From: Squalus acanthias
Taxonomy: Eukaryota
Assembly: GCA_030390025.1 (NCBI GenBank)
Contig: CM059432.1
Span: 119,166,001-119,230,000, forward strand
DNA length: 64,000 bases
Direction of reading: 5' to 3'
The notes beneath the pieces were generated by a model, which saw only the letters and a list, made by a program, of their open reading frames with translations, had not been told where the DNA came from and ran no database searches. Every line of letters begins with the position of its first letter. Within the stretch, counting starts at the first letter, position 1. The translations under genes were made by a program, and so were the position numbers. Below are positions 50,785 to 60,691 of this stretch, piece by piece.

Positions 50785-53700
50785 GGGCTATAAATTGGTT
50801 AGCCCCCAATAACGAGTGCGGGGATCGCGATGCAAGATTAACCCGTGCCTGTTGAGTGGAATGCAGGCAGCACGCCAACTTCATGCTGCCTGCTAATTAT
50901 AATGATTTCTGCGTGCAGCCAGTGATCCCCACGCTGTTCACTGGCTGCACGCATCAGCAGAGGGCTCAATATCATTAGTAACTTGCACTTCTTAAAGCTA
51001 GCCTGCACGACTTCAAGCTAAATTGCACCTCTTAAAGGTAAGGGGCATTGTGGCTGCAGCAGGTGCTGGGAGTCGTCCTGCAACTGTATTTGACCTAGGA
51101 AAGAGAGAAGAATGGCTGACCATGGGAGAGTGGATCCCAGGTTTTTGGATGCTGCACTGGAGGTCTTGGTGAAGGAGGTGGAAAGGAGGAGAGATGTCCT
51201 GTATCCCCAGGGGGCCATAAAGCCCACCAGACACATGATGAGAAGGCAGTGGGAACAGATAGCCGCAGAGGTCAATGCCAGGAGTGCAGCCCCAAGGACC
51301 TGGATGCAGTGCCACAAGAAGTTTAATAACCTCACACGAGTGGTCAAGGTCAAGGTCAGTGAATGCATCTTCAAATGCCATATCCTACAAACTGCACCAC
51401 TAGCCTCAACCACTGCTCAATGCACCACACCCCCATCACTCACCTACCAACAATCTCTAGCAATCACGACTCATACCTCACATGCATATGCTTCACCTCA
51501 CACACTTAGCACTGTTGCAAACCTCGCACCCACAACTCACACCTTGCACACACGGCCAGCTATTCAACCATTATGGCCACATCACCCAAACAGATTCCAT
51601 GACACTCACTGACACACAACCCTCTCTCTTGCAGGAGAAGGTGGCACACAATCGGAGGCTGCAGGATCAACCGGAGGGAGAGAGGCACGGCTGCATGTTA
51701 TAACATCAAATGTTTCCTCAATCAACATTACTAAAACAGATTATCTGGACATCACACTGCCGGTTGTGGGAGCTTGCTGTGCGCAAATTGGCTGCCACGT
51801 TTCCTACATTACAACAGTGACTACAGTTTAAAAAAAGTATTTCATTGGCTGTAAAGCGCTTTGGGACTCCTGAGGTCATGAAAGGCGCTATATAAATGCA
51901 AGTCTTTCTTTTTCTTTTTAACACCCATGGAGGAGACGGTACTGGACATTGAGGGAAGGACCATTGCTGAGGCCTTAGCCACGGGCGGGGCTGAAGCCAT
52001 TGAAGATGATGATATTCCTCATACCTAATCCTACTTCTCGCATCTCACTTCTCCCTCATCCCATAATCTCAACTGACTTACAAGCTGCAGATATGTAAGC
52101 ACGCACTTCTTACTTTCTCCTCTCCCCTCACCACAAACCAACCCTTGTCCCTTTTTCATTTCGGATACCCAAGAACTACAACCTGCCCAGGCAATGGTGG
52201 AAGAGCAGGAAGACAGTGAAGATGAAGGGGGCGATTTTCACAGCCCTGGGTAGGTGGGTATGGAGGCGGGACTGCCGGGAAAATGGCAGAATCTGGGAGC
52301 AAGTACCCATCCCGCCCCCCAGCCTGCATCCGTGCCATCTTCCCAGGATGCGGGTACCCGACCCACGCCGAGACCCGTCTCCTTGAGGCGGGAAGGGGAT
52401 TATTGCCAATTAGTTTTTTGGCTAATCCCTATTTTGCGCCCTAAAGTGTGGGCTTCCCGACGGCTGCGAACCTCGCCAGGGTCAGCAAGGCGAGCTGTGG
52501 GTCTGCGGGGGTCGGAAGGGCTGAAATGTCCGGTGTGCAGGTGAGTGATGAGTGCAAGTGTGGAGAGTTAAGTGTGTGAGGTGAGTCTAAAGTGTTTTAA
52601 TAAGATTACCTACCTTTGCTTCTTCCTCCAGGCTTCATCCCTTTAGGCTGCGGAGCTGCCTCATCTCACCGGCAGAGAAAGCAGAATGGCCGCTGCATTC
52701 TTAAATGCAGCAGCCTTCTGTTTTCTGCTCAGGAAAGCTTTCTAAGTGAGCCTGTGTCCTAGGTCTCAACTTAGAAGACAGATAGTCAGTGTTTGACAGC
52801 TTCACAGAGCTGTCAAACGATGACAATTCATCTGTTAAAAAATCTTGACAGATGAAGCGTCATACGCTGACGTTCTCTGTCACCGGCTTTCCCTTAATTG
52901 GCCGGCTAAGCCCGCTGGGCAGGCTTAACAAGGCCAATCATGGGAAAAAAGCGTGGGTTGGCCAGACGTCGATGGAGGCGGGACTAAAACCCGACAAGCA
53001 GCTTTCCCGCCTCCATCACGTCCCCATTGATAAAATCACCCGCTTTGATACACCGTCACTCGATTTCACACTCACACCAGCTCAGATAGACACTGCGTGT
53101 AATTTAATGGATAGCATAGAGACAGGATCTGCACATGGTGAGACACCAGGCACAAATGCACTGAAGCCAGGGCAGGGGAAGGGATAGTGCAGGTGCCAGC
53201 TCATCGCAGGGCGAGGTCGCAAACAAGTTTTGCTGCGGAGGACTCAGATGAATACTTTGAGGGGGCAGTCTACAAAATAAGGCTGATGGATGTACACACC
53301 CAAATGCTTAGTGCACTGGAAAGCCTGCCAGAAAACCTGCGTTCAATGCCAAGGAGCATGGAGGAGTCAGGCACTAACTTGGCACACGGCTTTGCACAGA
53401 GCTGGGAGCCCATCCTTTCCAGCATGGAAAGGGTGGCCAACTCCATCAATGCAGTGTCTGTTGGCCGATGTCTCAGCTTCCATTGCAGCACAAGCAGCAG
53501 CCACCCAATGTCTGAGTGCTGCAGTGAAAGCTCAGACTGCTGTCATCATGGCTCTGGACACCAGTGTTCAAAGGGGCTTCCAGAGTGTCACAGGAGTCCA
53601 GCAATCTGTTCTCCAAGAGACTACTAGGATTGCTGAGGCGCCGCACCGGGGGAGTGGCAGTGGCTCCATGGAGCACGAGCCTGTTGTCCTCTCTCAGGTT

Positions 53701-53952
53701 GACTGCATTCATCCTCCCACCCCTGCCACTCCGCCAGTGCCCTTGCTGTTGCCTGTCAGCCAGCCCAGACTGCTGCCGCCCATGCCGAGATGGTGCAATC
53801 TGAAGCCAGGGCTTCTAGGCCCAGAGCTGCTCACTTCATCCTCCAAGGCCATCTGCAGTCTCCCCCAATGAAAGTCAGTAGCCTGCCACCAGCCCTGCTG
53901 TAGCCACTGGGGTAGCACTGCGTAGGAGCACCAGGACAGGCAAAGGCACAAC
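50785..53952 (+). mobile_element. Second copy of the 20899 Harbinger family (left end and Myb gene only)
   Basis: Colinear with 20899-23060; intact Myb exon MADHGRVDPRFLDAALEVLVKEVERRRDVLYP..WEQIAAEVN..WMQCHKKFNNL; nested SINE (51712-51918) and MITE (52228-53042). Confidence 0.88.
52228..53042. mobile_element. Harbinger-type MITE nested in the Myb gene
   Basis: GGGGCGATTTT / AAAATCACCCG; absent from the homologous site near 22105. Confidence 0.75.
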
Positions 53953-54160
53953 ACAGCTACCAACTGAGCCACGGCTGACACCAAAAAGTATTCCTGTAGT
54001 TGTTGGTGACCCTGCAATATTAGTTGACATGAATATCAATGTTGGACTTTGGGCGAATGCAGTTTATTTGAGGGTGAAAGGACTGGGAGAGATGTTGGAC
54101 ATAACTGTAAATGAATGGCAACAGGGGATGGTCGAAGAACTCTGGTTGCAGACAAGTGTT

Positions 54161-54877
54161 GGGGGGGGGGGAAATTGGCTTGCGCCCCCTTCGGGGCGAT
54201 AACTTCTACTTTTAGCGCCCCGAAAAAGTTAGCACCCCCGCGCCCGAAATTGAATGATAGCGCCCCAAGCAGGAGGCGGGGTGCTACTGGAAGCGCTCCC
54301 CCTCCCTCTTGGGGCGTTACCATTGAATATCGTGGTGTTATGTGCAGCAGCGCCACGCGCGTCGGCACATAGCGCCGTGATACTGCAGGCTTCCCTCCCC
54401 TGATTAAAGGGGAAGGGCCTAGCGCAGCGCATACCGGGGACCTGTTGGACCACCGGGAAGCGGGGTGCAGGCAAAAGAGCCCGGCACTCAAGAGGAATGC
54501 CGGGCTGACCGATTGCGGCCGGCACCCTGCAGAAGGAGGCCAGAGGGGGCAGGTGCTGACAGGCGGCTGGAAAAAAAATGGCCGCCCGGCACCTGCCCTT
54601 TAATTATCACCACCCCAGCCGCAAGAATGCCTCCCTAACCCTGTCGGACATAACCTCTGGCGGTAGGTCAGGGGGCGCGAGCCAAGTTTGCGTCTGGGGC
54701 GCGAGCGGGGCACTGCGCACAGCGATGATGTCATCACCGGAGGCTACCGTCTACCGCCGCCGCTGACCTCCCGCTGAATTTCACGGGAGGCATTAGCAGC
54801 GTCGCGCCCAGGCGCTAGTTGCTTTGTGCCCCCTTGGGGTGCTAACGGGAGGCAAAAAGCAACCAAATTTTCCCCCC
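54161..54877. mobile_element. Harbinger-type MITE
   Basis: GGGGGGAAATTGG / CCAAATTTTCCCCCC; GCGCCCC subterminal motifs as at 30284. Confidence 0.7.
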
Positions 54878-55144
54878 ATGGAGCTTTCCTCCTTCCTCAC
54901 CATCGTCTGTGTCATCAGTGTCCTCTTCCTCATCATACTAAAGGTCCTCATCAAATTGTGGCTCCATGTATTGTCCCTGTAGGAGAACAAAGTTATGCAG
55001 CATACAGGAAACCACTGTTATACAGGACACTCTCTGGGCCCTGAATTGCTGGACGCCTCCAGACCTGTCTAGGCAGCAGATCATTGAAAGAAAGAATGTC
55101 TATTTATATTACACCTTTCAGGAGCTCAGGATTATGAACTCAAA

Positions 55145-55555
55145 TCTCTGGATAGGACATTAAATGGCATCACCATCACTGAATCCTCCACCATCAACTT
55201 CCTGGGGGTTGCTGTTGACCAGAAATTCAACTGGACCAGCCACATAATGCCATGGCTTCTACAGCAGGTCAGAGGCAGGGCATTCTGTGTAGAGTGACTC
55301 ACCTCCTGACTCTCCAAAGCCTCTCCACCATCTACAAGTCAGGAGTGTGATGGAATGCTATCCACTTGCCTAGATGAGTGTAGCTGCAACAAGACTCGAG
55401 AAGCTCGACACCATCCAGAACAAAGCTTGATCGTCAGCCCATCCTCCACCTCAAACATCCATTCTCTCTACCATGCCCCACGGCTGCAGTGTGTACCACC
55501 TATAGGCTGCACTGCAGCAGCAACTCACCGAGTCTTTTCGGTAGCACCTCCCAAA
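55145..55555 (+). mobile_element. Non-LTR retrotransposon 3' coding fragment
   Basis: Reads ESSTINFLGVAVDQKFNWTSHI then TIYK..VRSVME-like LINE motifs. Confidence 0.6.
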
Positions 55556-55591
55556 TGGGCTATTAAAGCTAAAGCAATGCAAAAACATATT

Positions 55592-57382
55592 GGCTGGAAT
55601 TTTCTGGGGTGGTAGCTGGTGCGATTGGTGGTGGGTCGGGTGGGAAAGTTGTTATTTTTGACAGCGGGTCGGGAACCCGCTGTCATCCCGCTCCCTTGCG
55701 CCTTTCCCCAGCCGTGTCCGTCATCACGGAGCTGACCCGACCAGCAGCAGCGGGCGACCCAATTGAGATCATTATCAGATAGTTTACAGGCACTTAAGAG
55801 TCTTTTTCCCCCTACATTTTAAATTTCCCTGCATGGCCACAGAATTCATGCAGCTCAGGAACCGTGTCTGTCAACCTGAGGCGGGAGTTCCATGCCCATT
55901 ACTCCAGCTGATTACTTGACAGCATCAAATGTACAGTAAAACCTCCCACCTGACAGATGATCACTTTCCTCAGGCAGAAGCTGTTGCTCAGTCCATTTCC
56001 AGCACAGATTCTGCCGGCTGCAAGTCTTTCCAGCAAAGTCTCCATCCAGTCGCACCTCATTGGAAGAACCTCTCTCACCATTGACAGAATGCTTCTGTCA
56101 TCTTTACCTCACCTGCCATCTATTCCATCAACATGGGTGCCGTTTATACAGTCTCACCTTGGTCCACAGAATCGGACCACAATGAGCCCCAACACCAGCA
56201 GCACCTGCCACACCAGCAGCACCAGGCACACCAGCAGCACCAACAACAACACCAACCTTCTCCGCAATCACCTCGGGCTGCACAAGGCAGAGGGCATCAG
56301 CACTCGACTACCTTGCTGCCTGGGAGGCCAGGGATGGCCTCACCATGGCCAGATTTACTTCACCTGACGCTGTTCACCCTGGCTGCCACATGATGTGCCA
56401 GGTTGCCACCACCCCACACCAGCACCATAACGCATCCCTACAAAGCCCAAGCCATTCCTTTCACACTCATCAACATTGCAGGGGGCATTGTTATGTCTCA
56501 CCATTCACTCCAACTCACTAAGTCACTTCCAAAAGTGCACACAAATCTGCCCAAGTGTTGAAAATAAAGATTTTTATGTTTGATACCACATTAACAGAAA
56601 CTTTACATAAACATTGGATAAAACGCCCAAGTAACAACCCTTGTGTGTTGTTAGTTGGTATGAATGCACTAGGATGAGGGTGAGTGTGAGAGGTGGCTAG
56701 TGAGATGGGGATGTGATAATATAGATAGAGAGAGAGGGATGGGTGGAGGTCCAAGGTAAGTTGGTGTGAGTAAGGATGTGCAGGAGTAGGGTAGGGAAGG
56801 CAGAGTGATGGGGATGTGATGAGAGGCACAGCAGGATGAAGTTGAGTGTGTCTTTGTACTAACGTTTCCTGATCTAATGAGATCATTGAAACGTTTGCGG
56901 CACTGCACCTAGGTCCTCCTGACCACGTCCCTGCTTGTGACCTCCTCTGCAATCTGCAAGCAGTCTGTTTTGGTCTCCTGGGGAGGTCTCTTCCATCCAT
57001 TGGAAGGGAAGAGGACCTCCCTGCGTGCTCTGACTCCCTTCATAAGCATATGGAGGGAGTCATGGGAGAACTTGGGTGCAGCCCTCTGCCTCTGTGCAGT
57101 CATTGTCAGTGTTTGCAGCACTCCAATGCTGTAGTGCACTGACTGCACTATTTTAGAGATGAAACTTCAAATGTAATGTGGCCATGCTCCCTTTAAAGAT
57201 CCCGGCTGAAAACGTCACCAGACCCGCTCCATCTCATTGGGCCGGGTAACGCGCTGGGCGGGCTTAACAGGCCCCATTAAGGTAAGTTCACTTACAGCAG
57301 CGGGATGGAGGCAGCAGCAGGGTCGCTACCCGCCACGGACACCGGCCGCACCGGACCCGCCCAGGTCGGCAAAAATCCAGCC
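55592..57382. mobile_element. Internally deleted Harbinger transposon
   Basis: TIR GGCTGGAATTTT / AAAAATCCAGCC; TSD ATT; Myb exon (-) MTAQRQRAAPKFSHDSL..QCRKRFNDLIRS (57102-56865); probable transposase 5' remnant (+) from 56133. Confidence 0.82.
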
Positions 57383-58142
57383 ATTGTTATTCTTACACTC
57401 GCGACCTGGGAATATCATATAAAATTTGGCACTTTCTGAGTGCATAACCTATTACAGAGATCAATATTTTAAACTTTTGTAATTTATATTTTAAATTAAA
57501 GACGCTGGTGTGGATTTATTTTAACTGAAGTTTACTGGGGCAACTGTGAAAAGCACAAAGTTTTTTAAAAAAAAAGATAAGATGCAGCTTAGAAGAATTA
57601 CAAGTTACAGTTGCAGGATGGTGCCTGGCTTAAATCAATTTGAACTTCTTCAAAGCACTTTGTTTTAATTGGATTACAGCTAAAAAACGCTATTGCTTCA
57701 TGTAGTTTAAATTAAAGACCCGTGGTCTTGTCTTAAATCAATTTGAACGTTTACAAAAGCCCTGTTTTTTTAATTCAGTTACCGCAAGTCTGTGACCTGG
57801 TATTATGATTAACTCCTCTCTCACAACCTAAGGTTTTGACAAGCAAGAAGCAATTTGGAATAAAAGCGGATTTACCTTTGCTGACAGCAAGCTGTTACCT
57901 TTGGCAGGGCTGATCCAGTGGATTCTGGCAGAGGCTGAGAGGAGGCAACAGCCTTTAGGCATGGTTAAAGTCCGAGCCCATTCTAAAATCAACCGCCTGG
58001 GCCAGTGAGAATGGCAAAGGCACATTAGCTAACCAAGAAATTCAAGATTGCCCCAGTAGTGGAAGGCCAAATAAATAAAGTTCAAAGTGAAACACCCCTT
58101 TTAAATCTTGCAGGGGTGCAAGGTGAAAACCCTTGGATTAAA

Positions 58143-59459
58143 TCAGTCCAGGTGGCCATCAAATGACCCAACCACCTTATTTTCATCTGTGAGAATGTTC
58201 TTCAATTGTGTTTTTAAGCCATTAATCTGGGTCTGCAGCTCCACGCTGTCTAGAGCGTTGACCACAGATGTACCTGTATTGAAAGCAGTGAACATGTCGT
58301 TCACAACACCCCTTCTTTGTCTCCCCACCTGACCCAAAACTTCATGTGGTGCGGTGTACAAACTTGTTTTATCAATTTCCGCGAAATCGAACTCATAAAA
58401 TTGCCTAAACATCTTGGTCAACAGGACCTGATATAACTGTTCCGTCTCTTTGGAGCACCACTCCGGCAACCGCACCTCGGTGAGGTTTAAAATCACCGAG
58501 GCCACCGCGTAATGTACCCCCTGAAATAGTATCTGGTCTGTAGGGACCAATACCAAACCATTCCCGGGTCCCTTACTGGTTTTTGGGCACCCTTCTTCCT
58601 TAGCTAGAACCACCGGAATTGTGGGCGGGGCCTTGCGTGGGCGCGTAATGAGTTCAGTGGCGTTTACCGGGATCGGAGAGTATGGAGCTCCGCACCCCCT
58701 GGTGCTCGCATCCCACCTCATCCCTTTCCCATTATCCTGCCACTGATTGATGAAAAATATGGAGATGCCTTTGGGGCAAACGTGCTTTGACCCCCACATA
58801 CATACATAAATTCCCTCATCCGGTTCCCACCATTTGTCCCAACAGACTCTCACTTGTCCGTTTGTCCCTGTAATTGTCCGATGGGTATTATTACCCAGTC
58901 GCTCCCACTCGACCGAAGAGTTCCTCATGTTTTTGCTCAGCTTTCGTAGCCACCACCATCGGCTCAATGGGACATTCCCATTACAAGTCAAACAAATCCG
59001 TTTGCCGACGGTGACGCTGACTCTGGGTGCGATGATCCTCACTTTGGGGCACATTAAAGAAGTCTCTTTGTAGGCAAAACCCGATGTACTGGAATACTCA
59101 GTGGAATTCGTTCCCAGCCATCCTGGCCACCTTCCCTTGTGGAAATAGGTGATGGTCTCCTCAGCCTCTCGCCTTCCGGTCCCATCCACCGCGATGGGGG
59201 CCGTGTCCCCGGAGCATCCAAATACCACGACATCCTTGGTACGGCCTCGATAGGCCAGTCCACATCCGATTGCCGCGAGCACTACCAGAATCCGTTCCCT
59301 CCTTCCTTGGTTCCTGTGATCAGATAGAATGAGGTAGCCAGCCTCCCAAGAGTCTCTGGCTTTTGTGAAGGGTGAGCGGGTCCCCTGACCTCGCCTCACG
59401 TAAGAAGACATGTGCGCTGGATAGACTTTAACTATTCCTATCTCTAAAACTCCCATCAT
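58143..59459 (-). CDS. env: Env-like glycoprotein: hydrophobic signal-like segment, Ig-like domain, F-type fusion protein N-half; C-terminally truncated
   Basis: ILVVLAAIGCGLAY; ICLTC..WWW..DEGIYVC; several N-x-S/T sequons; furin site RQRR (58322-58311) then GVVNDMFTAFNTGTSVVNAL and heptad LQTQINGLKTQLKNIL; no TM anchor. Confidence 0.72.
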   Translation of the reverse strand: MMGVLEIGIVKVYPAHMSSYVRRGQGTRSPFTKARDSWEAGYLILSDHRNQGRRERILVVLAAIGCGLAYRGRTKDVVVFGCSGDTAPIAVDGTGRREAEETITYFHKGRWPGWLGTNSTEYSSTSGFAYKETSLMCPKVRIIAPRVSVTVGKRICLTCNGNVPLSRWWWLRKLSKNMRNSSVEWERLGNNTHRTITGTNGQVRVCWDKWWEPDEGIYVCMWGSKHVCPKGISIFFINQWQDNGKGMRWDASTRGCGAPYSPIPVNATELITRPRKAPPTIPVVLAKEEGCPKTSKGPGNGLVLVPTDQILFQGVHYAVASVILNLTEVRLPEWCSKETEQLYQVLLTKMFRQFYEFDFAEIDKTSLYTAPHEVLGQVGRQRRGVVNDMFTAFNTGTSVVNALDSVELQTQINGLKTQLKNILTDENKVVGSFDGHLD

Positions 59460-59594
59460 TTTACCATTTTCTGTTAAAACTTAAACTACAAACTTAACCT
59501 GATTTAAAACTATAAACTTGAACTTACAAGAATTCATCAACTTACCTCTTGTCTTAATAACTGTACAGTGCCGCCCGTTCCCAGGGCGGCCTAC

Positions 59595-60614
59595 TCAAAT
59601 TCTGCGGTTGCTGCCGCAGGCTTCTCCCAACGGTGGGAGGGCATTGACCCCTCCCTTTGATCTGCCGCAGCCTGTTGTTGCTGCGCTGTGACTGGGCTCT
59701 CCCTGGGCTGCCTTAGCCCTGGGCCTACGCTTAGGGACATACGGGGGACTTACCCACATCTTTCTGGGCAGGGGTTTCCGACTTGACCTACGGGGAACTA
59801 CCGGGGGCAGGAACTCCAGGACTGACGGACCGGGTTCCGAGACTTCCACCGTGGCGACCTGTGGTCCCACCACAGTCGCTGGCTCCGCCTCCCCTGACTC
59901 CGCCTCCCTGAACTCGGGATCTGCAGCTTGTGGCACCGCCCTACTTGGCCCAGTAGGCGGCCCTTCACTCGCAGTCCCTTCCTCCCTCGAGGGCAAGACG
60001 TTCAAGGCGGGCGGCTCGGGCTTTGAGGCTTCCATCGCCACGCCCTGTGGTCCCACCACAGCGGTTGGCTCCGCCTCCCCTAGCTCCGCCCCCCTGCGTT
60101 CGGGACCTGCAGCTTCGGCCTCCACCCTGTGTGGATCTCTATCTGCAGCCCCTGTCTCCCCTATACCTGAATCGGGGGCGACCCTTTCGTCCTCCGATTC
60201 CAGCTCCTCTTCGCTTGTGTCACTACCTTGGTCGAGCTCCTCGAACTCTTCCTCATCTGACTCCCAACCCAAATAAAGGATCCTACATTTTGCTAGGATG
60301 TCCTCTCCCCTGATGCAGGCTGCTTTACCTGCCTGTGTGCCCTGTGGCCCTACCCGGGGCTGCGAGTCCCCACTCGCAGGTTTGGCCCCTGTGGTTGGCC
60401 CTTGTGCACCCGGCTTATATAGTTTGCACTGATTTAAATCCTCATTCTCCCTGCTTCTGGCTACTCTGTAGGCTGCTTTTAACCCTCCAAGCTGCCCTTC
60501 CAGCACGTCTAACTTTCCCATTAAGTGGGCGTTCTCCTCCCGCAGGGCCTGCTCTCTAAGCTGCCCTTCTAGCCTGTCTACTTTCCCTATTAAACGGGCG
60601 TTCTCCTCCCGCAA
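59595..60614 (-). CDS. Accessory ORF2: coiled coil, acidic/Pro-rich region, basic C-terminus; frame open upstream to about 60805
   Basis: At least 339 open codons; repeats REENAxLxGKxDxLEGQL and EAEPxxVVGPQ; annotated start is TTG, so true initiation is unclear. Confidence 0.65.
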   Translation of the reverse strand: MREENARLIGKVDRLEGQLREQALREENAHLMGKLDVLEGQLGGLKAAYRVARSRENEDLNQCKLYKPGAQGPTTGAKPASGDSQPRVGPQGTQAGKAACIRGEDILAKCRILYLGWESDEEEFEELDQGSDTSEEELESEDERVAPDSGIGETGAADRDPHRVEAEAAGPERRGAELGEAEPTAVVGPQGVAMEASKPEPPALNVLPSREEGTASEGPPTGPSRAVPQAADPEFREAESGEAEPATVVGPQVATVEVSEPGPSVLEFLPPVVPRRSSRKPLPRKMWVSPPYVPKRRPRAKAAQGEPSHSAATTGCGRSKGGVNALPPLGEACGSNRRI

Positions 60615-60691
60615 GGCCTGCTCTTCTAACCTGGCCTCCCTACAGGAGACCCCCTCCTGTGTGTGTCTTTTAAAGGGACACAGGTAGGCAG

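Noticed and set aside
58085..58105. Polypurine tract AAAAGGGG followed by TG as start of a 3' LTR
   Set aside because: Short, and downstream sequence shows no match to the visible part of the 5' LTR; unresolved without sequence beyond 64000
59851..60313. Plus-strand Ser/Pro-rich ORFs
   Set aside because: Antisense shadows of GC-rich ORF2
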